From Candidatus Magasanikiibacteriota bacterium (GTDB lineage: Bacteria; Patescibacteriota; Patescibacteriia; Magasanikbacterales; UBA922): 64,000 nt of DNA. Location: the NCBI GenBank assembly GCA_018650645.1, contig JABIFP010000027.1, forward strand, positions 24,379 to 88,378, read 5' to 3'. Below, in pieces: positions 39,265 through 46,697 of the stretch (position 1 is the first letter of the stretch; the number at the start of each line of letters is the position of its first letter). The notes beneath the pieces are model-generated. The model was given only the letters and a program-made list of their open reading frames with translations, was not told where the DNA came from and did no database searches. Both the position numbers and the translations under genes were made by a program.

Positions 39265-39951
39265 ATGGCTTTACACATGCATAGCTCACACATCATCCGC
39301 AAGTACTTCATGACAGAGGACATGCTCGTCCTGAAGCTTCAGAAACCAGATGGATTTACCTTCAAAGCGGGTCAATTTGTTCAAGTTCAGGTACCTGATC
39401 CAGAAAAACCTGTATTTAGGGCCTATTCTATCTGCTCTACCCCAACAGACCCGACACTTGATTTGTGCATTAAAATTGTTCCTGGAGGAAAAGCTTCTAT
39501 GATGTTTGCAGCAGCAAGTGAGGGAGATACCATATCATTCCGAGGTCCGCTTGGGCACTTTACCGTTCCTGAAGGAATTGCTGGAGCACATTTCATTGCA
39601 ACGGGTGCAGGTATTTCTCCAATTTTAAGCATGATTCGCGAGAGAGCAGCTAGCACATTGCCAATGACGCTATTATTTGGTATTCGTAGTCTGCAAGATG
39701 TATGTCTGCATGAAGAATTCCTTTCTCTTCAAAAAGATTACCCATCGCTGCAACTTACCTATTGTCTTTCAAGAGAACCAAACCCACCTGAGTCATGGCA
39801 GAAGCCGGGACGAGTCACGACCCATTTACCAAAAATTCTGCCTCAGGAACATGTCTTTATCTGCGGTTCTCCAGAAATGGTAAAAGAAGTTCGTGCATTT
39901 TATATGAATCAGGGCATTGATAAGCAACAAATCCATTTAGAAATTTTCTAA
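39265..39951 (+). CDS. FAD/NAD(P)H-binding oxidoreductase (ferredoxin-NADP reductase-like)
   Basis: FKAGQFV, RAYSICS, GKAS, GPLGHF, IATGAGISP, FICGSPEMV, terminal EIF. Confidence 0.9.
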   Translation: MALHMHSSHIIRKYFMTEDMLVLKLQKPDGFTFKAGQFVQVQVPDPEKPVFRAYSICSTPTDPTLDLCIKIVPGGKASMMFAAASEGDTISFRGPLGHFTVPEGIAGAHFIATGAGISPILSMIRERAASTLPMTLLFGIRSLQDVCLHEEFLSLQKDYPSLQLTYCLSREPNPPESWQKPGRVTTHLPKILPQEHVFICGSPEMVKEVRAFYMNQGIDKQQIHLEIF

Positions 39952-39985
39952 ACAAAAGAAGAGCCTCACAGCTCTTCTTTTGTTT
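39950..39985. terminator. Bidirectional terminator
   Basis: AAACAAAAGAAGAGC-CTCACA-GCTCTTCTTTTGTTT. Confidence 0.82.
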
Positions 39986-39988
39986 CTT

Positions 39989-40582
39989 CTAAAAAGGAAG
40001 TGTCATGTTTATTCCTCCGGCTGATGGAGAACCAGGTACCCCTGCCCCACCGGCAGATTCAAATGCAGAAAAGTCTACACTAAACGGCATAATTTCTCCT
40101 GTAATTGTTGGGTAATAGAGCATCTTATTCTTTAGCCCATATTCGTAGAGCTCCATAGTTACTTTTACATCTTGCTCGCAATATTCTTTAATCTGATCGA
40201 TTTTTCCTTCTTTATACCACTCCATTGCTTGAAGCCCATCAGCACTTTTACTGATCTGTAATGTCGCCTTTGCAACGTCATCAAGCTTAAACCGTTTTCC
40301 CATTGTTTCCTTTATCACCTTCAGCATATCGAGGTGCGGAATAGCAGCGAGGTCACCGGTGTAATACTTATTCAGAATTGGAACATCAAAATGAATACTA
40401 TTATATCCAATGAGCCGCGTCGCCTTTTCAAAAAAGGGCCACATCGATGAAAGCTGATGTTCATCAAAGGAATAGTATGATGCGGTGTCGTAATCATATA
40501 GCGAAACAACCGTTACCTCCATTGTAGACATGTTCCTGATATCTCCATATGTTTCGATATCAAACACGATTTCTCCTTGCAT
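39989..40582 (-). CDS. RNase H-like (DEDD/YprB-type) exonuclease domain protein
   Basis: VFDIET, IGYNSIHFDVP, HLDML, YCEQDV. Confidence 0.85.
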   Translation of the reverse strand: MQGEIVFDIETYGDIRNMSTMEVTVVSLYDYDTASYYSFDEHQLSSMWPFFEKATRLIGYNSIHFDVPILNKYYTGDLAAIPHLDMLKVIKETMGKRFKLDDVAKATLQISKSADGLQAMEWYKEGKIDQIKEYCEQDVKVTMELYEYGLKNKMLYYPTITGEIMPFSVDFSAFESAGGAGVPGSPSAGGINMTLPF

Positions 40583-40641
40583 AGATGCGTAGTATTAAAA
40601 AAGCGTGAGGCTATTGTATCACGCTTTTTTTGACCTCGCAA

Positions 40642-41016
40642 TTATCCGATGTGTGGTTCTCCGCTATATTCAGCTCTAATGAATCCGTTATGCTCTTTGA
40701 GGGATTTCAGTACGGCCTCGCTATCATGCTCCCAATCAGCAATTTCTGCAGCTAATACTTTCGTACCAGTCGCAACATGCCACGTGTTGGCGATAGTAAT
40801 GGCGATGCGAGTGTCTGTAAACGACCCCTTAGATCCAAATACTATGATTCCGTCTATATCATCTTTCTTTACTGAACTACTCTTAAGTAACGAAATAATA
40901 TCTCTTAGGAGGTGACGTGACGCATCAGAGACTGCATCTGATATACGTTTTCCTGCAGCATCTACAACCTTCACCTGAATAGCGGAACGCTCCGCAACAT
41001 CAATCGTAATAATCAT
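40642..41016 (-). CDS. tsaB: Short TsaB-like protein (t6A biosynthesis)
   Basis: IDGIIV..KGSFTDTRIAITIAN matches TsaB GPGSFTGxR; only 124 aa. Confidence 0.65.
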   Translation of the reverse strand: MIITIDVAERSAIQVKVVDAAGKRISDAVSDASRHLLRDIISLLKSSSVKKDDIDGIIVFGSKGSFTDTRIAITIANTWHVATGTKVLAAEIADWEHDSEAVLKSLKEHNGFIRAEYSGEPHIG

Positions 41017-41018
41017 AT

Positions 41019-41612
41019 CTAAACACCAAGCTCATTAACTACTTTTAGGTGGTTCGTCTCAAAAAAATCGAAGATAAATTTATCCATCACATGTCGTCTG
41101 TCTAAAAATTCTACCTTTGTCATGAAGGTATACCGAATGCCATGACCAAATTCCTTTTCATATTCTGCAATCAATTTTTCGGCAACACGATTTTTTAAGT
41201 TTCCAACAACCAACATGTCTGTGACTGCTTCTACGTCTCCTGTAAAACACCCGCCGAGCATAAGAAGCTGTACGTCACCACATTTATCTTTAAACATGTC
41301 AATAAACTCTTGCTCTCCCATTACCTTGGCCTTCATTAAGAGAGCCTGCAGTTCTGGATACATGAGAGACCCCATGTTGAGCTTATAGTATTTTCTTAGC
41401 TTTCCTCCTGGATTATCCCCAACTCCTTCTGGGGATTCAGCTTCACTCACAATACTCGACTTGAGTAATAATGATAATTCTCTTCTCACTGCGTTAATTT
41501 GTGTGTCTAATTCTCTGGTAAGTTCTCTAACAAAAAAAGCTCGTTCAGGGTGTCTGAACATAAGTCTGAGGAGCTTAAGTCTTGTCTTTGAACCAAATAA
41601 ATGTTCAAGCAT
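41019..41612 (-). CDS. Winged-HTH regulator with a degenerate nucleotidyltransferase-like C-terminus
   Basis: LFGSKTRLKLL...FVRELTR...NAVRRELSLL; LGGCF...TDMLVVG. Confidence 0.75.
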   Translation of the reverse strand: MLEHLFGSKTRLKLLRLMFRHPERAFFVRELTRELDTQINAVRRELSLLLKSSIVSEAESPEGVGDNPGGKLRKYYKLNMGSLMYPELQALLMKAKVMGEQEFIDMFKDKCGDVQLLMLGGCFTGDVEAVTDMLVVGNLKNRVAEKLIAEYEKEFGHGIRYTFMTKVEFLDRRHVMDKFIFDFFETNHLKVVNELGV

Positions 41613-41686
41613 GCGATACTGGTAAAAATTCTTTGTTTATTTTGCTGTGTATAGTATAATGCCTACATGCAAGATGGTCAATCGTT

Positions 41687-43846
41687 ATGATACTTCCATA
41701 CATCCACGAGTACTATACAAAACGCTCTGGAGCAAAGGACCATATCCTTCTTCATATAGCAGAGCCTGATGCAAATGACACCGATCATGGGCTGTTTTTT
41801 GCTATTATCTCATTACCCTCAGAGGCTCCTCATACAATTGTTGAAGATGCACAGGATGTGGTTGGACTAATGGAACGATTATATTTTTCTACTCAGAGGA
41901 CCGACGATAAGCGTCCATTTGAAATAGCTACTGAGGTAACGAATGCAAAACATGCAACACTTGTAAAAACATTACTTGAGAATACCAGCTGTGCGATTGG
42001 TGTTATCCACAAAAAGAATATTGCTTTTGTTGCTCAAGGAGAGGATGTATATATTGACCTACTCACAACGAATGATGATGGTGATTCATCTACCCCACTC
42101 GCTCCAACAGCAAAGCAGCACACTGACAGATTCAGCGCTGTTACAGAAGGAACGTTGAACACAAAAAGTTATCTTCACATCAGTACATTTCATGCAAGAG
42201 ACATATTTACACCTGAGCGAATGCTTAAGCTTCTTAAGCAACTTTCCGCAAAAGAGCTTGCTGCACACGTGCAGAAATCGCTTGATGCTGTAAAACACGC
42301 TGCAGCCGGAGGTTGTATTTTACAAATAGAAAAAACGACCGAGAAGCCTCCTGCTCACCCAGTTCGAAGTGAAAAATCACTCAACTCTCTAAAAGCGCGT
42401 GAGCAACAAACAGCAGAGACGCTACGCCCTTCAATATTTCAAACACTCTCTAAAACCCTCGCAACAGACGATAAAAAGGCAAACACGAGAACGACGCGGG
42501 CACGGAAACGAGATGGTGATGGCACGAGCTATGCTGCTGAGCGTGGTACTGCATATGCCAAACTTGTATTTAGAGCAGTGCTTCTAGCGCTCGGTGGCAT
42601 AGCGCTCATACTTCGTCATATATTCTTTGCCATTATTTCTGGTATAAAAATTTTGTACTACTTGCTCACTAATGCAAAAGGAAAACGATCAATCATGCAG
42701 CAGCAGTTCAAAGAGCAACTTCGCAGAAAAAGAAATTGGTTTGCGGCTATGCCAATGCTCAGTAAGCTCCTACTTGTAGCAGCAACTTCGTTTACACTGA
42801 TTTTTGTCTCTAGTATTGGCTACCTTAGGTATAATGCTAACAAAGTCGTTGCACTCAAACAATCACAAACCACATTAATCGCGGCTCAGGAACATCTAGC
42901 AAGTGCAAAAAGCGCCTCCATTTATGGTAATGATACAGATGCTCTAAATGAACTGCACCAAGCGCAGGCTCAGTTTTCTTCAATCTCAGAGCGCGACGCT
43001 GATGAGTTGTCCTCATATGGTTCAACACAAACAGCCATTTCAGAATTACTTCAATCACTTAGAAAGGAACACATAATTGAGTCTACGGTTCTCCTTGCAG
43101 ATTCAGCACTTTCATCGTTTACCGAGCTGACAGCCGCTGACGATAGAATGTATGTATTCGGTGAGCAAGAATCCTCATATGCATGGTTTACACCGTTTAA
43201 GGATGCGGCGCTTCAAAACGTACCATTTGAAGCTATCAGTGATCTTACATTTTCTTCTGCCGATGAGACCTATGTACTTGCAGGAAGCGCAGCTGGAGAA
43301 ATTGCAAGAATAGAGTCCTCTGAGTCAGGACTCACAGCGCAGCAGATTTCATTTCCTGATGAAGGTGTAGTACTCGCTTCAATGGCTCAATATGGTGGAA
43401 GGCTCTATACACTAGCAAAACCTTTTGCTATCTACAAGCATGCAAAAACGCAGCTTGGATTTGATAGAGGGCTGTCCTGGATTAGTGCGCAATCAGATAC
43501 CATTAATGAACCCGTAGATCTCACAATCGATGGCAGTGTGTATGTACTCTCTCCTACGGAGGTGTTCGTATTTATGAAAGGAGCACAGCAAAGCTTCAGA
43601 CTTGAATCGGTTGATCCTGCAATGACTGGTGCGAGCAGTATTTACTCATCGCCTGAATCGGAGTATCTCTTTATTCTTGAGCCTGATCTAAAGCGCGTAT
43701 TAGTTTTCTCAAAATCTGGTTCATTTATTGCGCAATTCACTTCTCCTGAGTGGAATCACCCAACGGCTATGAGCATTAATGAAGAAGAACGAACGATTAC
43801 TGTTCTTGATGGTTCGTCTGTCTTTCAAATTTCCTTTCTTCTATAA
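41687..43846 (+). CDS. Large membrane protein with a C-terminal beta-propeller-like domain
   Basis: 719 aa; central TM helices, coiled coil, repeated beta-rich units (DLTIDGSVYVL, LFILEP..KRVLVF). Confidence 0.75.
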   Translation: MILPYIHEYYTKRSGAKDHILLHIAEPDANDTDHGLFFAIISLPSEAPHTIVEDAQDVVGLMERLYFSTQRTDDKRPFEIATEVTNAKHATLVKTLLENTSCAIGVIHKKNIAFVAQGEDVYIDLLTTNDDGDSSTPLAPTAKQHTDRFSAVTEGTLNTKSYLHISTFHARDIFTPERMLKLLKQLSAKELAAHVQKSLDAVKHAAAGGCILQIEKTTEKPPAHPVRSEKSLNSLKAREQQTAETLRPSIFQTLSKTLATDDKKANTRTTRARKRDGDGTSYAAERGTAYAKLVFRAVLLALGGIALILRHIFFAIISGIKILYYLLTNAKGKRSIMQQQFKEQLRRKRNWFAAMPMLSKLLLVAATSFTLIFVSSIGYLRYNANKVVALKQSQTTLIAAQEHLASAKSASIYGNDTDALNELHQAQAQFSSISERDADELSSYGSTQTAISELLQSLRKEHIIESTVLLADSALSSFTELTAADDRMYVFGEQESSYAWFTPFKDAALQNVPFEAISDLTFSSADETYVLAGSAAGEIARIESSESGLTAQQISFPDEGVVLASMAQYGGRLYTLAKPFAIYKHAKTQLGFDRGLSWISAQSDTINEPVDLTIDGSVYVLSPTEVFVFMKGAQQSFRLESVDPAMTGASSIYSSPESEYLFILEPDLKRVLVFSKSGSFIAQFTSPEWNHPTAMSINEEERTITVLDGSSVFQISFLL

Positions 43847-43899
43847 TTACGTAAACAAAAAAAGAGCACAAGGCTCTTTTTTTGTTTTGTAGTAATGAA

Positions 43900-44304
43900 T
43901 TACTTCAAAGTTACAGTAGCTCCAGCTTCCTCAAGAGATTTCTTGAGTTCTTCAGCTTCAGCTTTTGCAATTCCTTCTTTAATAGCAGTTGGCGCACCAT
44001 CTACCATTCCTTTTGCTTCAGCAAGACCAAGTCCTGTTGCCGCTTTTACTGCTTTGATAACACCAATTTTGTTGTCACCGATTGCAGTAAGTTCTACAGT
44101 AAATTCAGTTTGTTCTTCTGCAGCAGCTTCTCCGCCAGCAGCAGGAGCCGCCATCATCATAGCTGGAGCTGCAGCGCTCACACCAAACTTGTCTTCAAGG
44201 ATTGAAACAAGTTCAGAAAGATCAAGAACACTCATCTTTTCGATTTGCTCTACAAGAGCAGTGAACTTTTCAGGTACTACTACCTCTGTTTTTTCTTCTG
44301 ACAT
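43900..44304 (-). CDS. rplL: 50S ribosomal protein L7/L12
   Basis: [19 protein letters not shown]...[14 protein letters not shown]. Confidence 0.98.
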   Translation of the reverse strand: MSEEKTEVVVPEKFTALVEQIEKMSVLDLSELVSILEDKFGVSAAAPAMMMAAPAAGGEAAAEEQTEFTVELTAIGDNKIGVIKAVKAATGLGLAEAKGMVDGAPTAIKEGIAKAEAEELKKSLEEAGATVTLK

Positions 44305-44313
44305 ATATATAGG

Positions 44314-44838
44314 TTATGCTTTTTTGTCCTTAATAGCATTCAAAACGGTAACTAAACCGCGTGTGTTGCCTGAAAGTACTTGAACGAATCCAGAAATAGG
44401 AGCATTCAACGTTCCAACGAGCTGACCGAGAAGCTGATGCTTGCTTGGAAGTGCTGAAAGTTGTGTTACTTTATCTTCTGTGATGTATCCACCTTCTAGG
44501 ATTCCTCCAAAGATAGTGATTACGTCATGATCCTTTGCGTACTTAGCAACGATTTGTGCTGGAGCAACTTCATCTTCGTCTGCGAAGAATGCAGCTACAC
44601 CACCTTCAAATAACTTTGTATCAACATCGCCGATACCAGCATCTGTAAGTGCACGTTTTACGAGTGTTTTCTTTGCTGCGATACAAGTAACTCCCTGTTC
44701 GCGACAAAGTCCACGAAGCTCTTCCATTTCTGAAACCTTCAAACCTTGAAAGTTAGCAAATACGGTAGCTTTTTTGCTTTTCATGAGCTCAGAAAGCTCA
44801 CTAATAGCAGTAAGTTTATGTTGTCTGGTTTTTGCCAT
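44314..44838 (-). CDS. rplJ: 50S ribosomal protein L10
   Basis: FQGLKVSEMEELR, KKTLVKRAL, LSALPSK; start at ATG 44838. Confidence 0.96.
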   Translation of the reverse strand: MAKTRQHKLTAISELSELMKSKKATVFANFQGLKVSEMEELRGLCREQGVTCIAAKKTLVKRALTDAGIGDVDTKLFEGGVAAFFADEDEVAPAQIVAKYAKDHDVITIFGGILEGGYITEDKVTQLSALPSKHQLLGQLVGTLNAPISGFVQVLSGNTRGLVTVLNAIKDKKA

Positions 44839-44877
44839 AGTCTTTGTTTTTTTGTCTTGCTCATCGCAATGCGACAA

Positions 44878-44998
44878 ACAAAAAACTGTGGAAAACCACA
44901 GACCTTCAGAGTGTTGCATCGACCTTTGAGAAATAATTCTCATGTTGCACCTCGGTAGCCTATTTAATCCCGAAGGAAGCTACTGTCTATGGTTGGCG
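44878..44998 (-). promoter_or_regulatory. L10 leader (ribosomal protein autoregulatory RNA) with attenuator-like hairpin
   Basis: Minus strand reads TAGACAGTAGC...TTAAAT..GCTACCGAGG (L10-leader pattern), then CTGTGG-TTTT-CCACAG-T-run; perfect TTGACA(45029)-17-TATAAT(45006) promoter upstream. Confidence 0.75.
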
Positions 44999-45078
44999 AT
45001 ATTATATAGAAATTCCCCATAAATGTCAAGAGCCGGCCCTGGGGGCCGGCTGTGGTGAGCACATTGCTCTGGCGCTGC

Positions 45079-45297
45079 CTAGCAGCAGACTTTCAAAATC
45101 CGCACCTGAGGACTCGCGAGGTGCTCGTGGACTCCTCGAGTACCGCTGATCTGGACGCGTGTTCCCGTGGACAGGTCACAGGGCTTCTGCGTCACGACCC
45201 GCGCGTTGAAAACGAGGCCGCTCTCGGTGGGGCTCACAACCTGGACCTCCGCCCACTTCCCCTTCGAACCAACCACTTGTCCATTGTAAAAGCTCAT
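45079..45297 (-). CDS. GC-rich orphan, 72 aa, possible OB-fold-like beta protein
   Basis: G-rich RBS-like sequence; perfect TTGACA(45358)-17-TATAAT(45335) promoter; hairpin AGCCGGCCC..GGGCCGGCT at ~45031-45051. Confidence 0.55.
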   Translation of the reverse strand: MSFYNGQVVGSKGKWAEVQVVSPTESGLVFNARVVTQKPCDLSTGTRVQISGTRGVHEHLASPQVRILKVCC

Positions 45298-45414
45298 GAA
45301 TTTCCCCCCTAGTGATGTGATCTGGGCGCATTATATAGATAATTGCACCTCATGTCAACCCCTCTGGATAAATCTATTGACAGCTTCACTAAACCTCTAT
45401 ATAATAATGCACAT

Positions 45415-45486
45415 GTCGCCATCGTCTAGTGGTTAGGACTCCGGGTTTTCATCCCGGCAACAGGAGTTCGATTCTCCTTGGCGATA
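45415..45486 (+). tRNA. tRNA-Glu (UUC)
   Basis: Acceptor GTCGCCA/TGGCGAT, anticodon arm CCGGG-TTTTCAT-CCCGG, T-loop TTCGATT; perfect TTGACA(45377)-17-TATAAT(45400). Confidence 0.96.
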
Positions 45487-45624
45487 CTACAAGGGGTGTT
45501 TACAAGAGGAATCGAACCAGGGTTGGTAAGGGACAGCGTCCCTTACATCTGGTGGAAAGGTTGGGAAAACATGAAGTGTTCCCAAAGCGCGCAGACGCGT
45601 GTGAGATTCTCCTTGGCGATACCA
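45470..45624 (+). repeat. Structured element bounded by an 18-bp direct repeat of the tRNA-Glu 3' end
   Basis: GATTCTCCTTGGCGATAC at 45470-45487 and 45605-45622; only the second copy continues as ACCA; antisense T-arm GAGGAATCGAACC and three hairpins lie between. Confidence 0.82.
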
Positions 45625-45680
45625 ATAGAGTGAAATCAAAATAGTGGCCAACGGGCCACTATTTTGTTAGGATAAATTAT

Positions 45681-46697
45681 ATGAGTAAAAAATATACAAT
45701 TTTGGGTATTGAGTCATCATGTGACGATACCGGCGTTTCTATCATTTCTACTGACGGAAACTCGTTTAAAATCCTCTTTGAGAAAACAGCAAGCCAGATT
45801 GATATTCACAAACAATATGGCGGTGTTATTCCTGAAGTTGCGGGAAGACTCCACTGTGAGGCAATCGCACCGCTTCTTGAAGAAGCACTTAGTAGTGTGG
45901 CAAATATTGATGCAATTGCAGTAACTGCAATGCCTGGGCTCATTACCGGACTACACGTTGGGGTTGAAGCTGCAAAAACACTTTCTTATACAAAGGATAT
46001 TCCTCTTGTGGGTGTTCATCATATTGAAGGACACATCATGAGTCCGCTTCTTAACAAAGGGGCTGCTATTGATGCTGTCTCATTTCCACTTCTGGCACTT
46101 GTTGTAAGTGGTGGCCATACGCAGCTTGTCCATGTCCATGAGTTTGGATCTTACTCTGTTATTGGGGATACTAGAGATGATGCAGCCGGAGAATGTTTTG
46201 ATAAAGTAGGAAAGCTCATGGGATTCATCTATCCTGGAGGGCCAAAAGTTTCAAAAGCAGCAATTGGGCATGAAGACAACATTCCCTTGCCGCGACCAAT
46301 GATGCACCATGATTCACTCGACTTTAGCTTTTCTGGATTGAAAACCGCTGCAAGATATTATCTCAGAGATAATCCAAATGCTGATGTTGGAGATGTATCA
46401 GCATCATTGGAAGCAGCAATTGTAGAAACACTTGCATATAAAACAAAAAAGGCGGCCATGCAAATTGGCGCCAAAACAGTTTTTGTTGTAGGCGGCGTGA
46501 GTGCAAACAGCGCACTCCGTGAATCGCTAGCAACATCGCTTGAAACGCAACATATTGCGCTTATTGCCCCAGAACTTGCGCATTGTACTGATAACGCAGC
46601 AATGATCGCTTGCGCCGCTACAAGGAGAGTTATGCATGGATCATTTGATTCAGTCAGTGAGCTTACTGCTAGCCCCGTTGGCATGCTCCCTCAATAA
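45681..46697 (+). CDS. tsaD: tRNA N6-threonylcarbamoyltransferase TsaD
   Basis: GIESSCDDT, YGGVIPEVA, HHIEGH, VSGGHT, DDAAGECFDK, FSFSGLKT, TDNAAMIA. Confidence 0.97.
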   Translation: MSKKYTILGIESSCDDTGVSIISTDGNSFKILFEKTASQIDIHKQYGGVIPEVAGRLHCEAIAPLLEEALSSVANIDAIAVTAMPGLITGLHVGVEAAKTLSYTKDIPLVGVHHIEGHIMSPLLNKGAAIDAVSFPLLALVVSGGHTQLVHVHEFGSYSVIGDTRDDAAGECFDKVGKLMGFIYPGGPKVSKAAIGHEDNIPLPRPMMHHDSLDFSFSGLKTAARYYLRDNPNADVGDVSASLEAAIVETLAYKTKKAAMQIGAKTVFVVGGVSANSALRESLATSLETQHIALIAPELAHCTDNAAMIACAATRRVMHGSFDSVSELTASPVGMLPQ

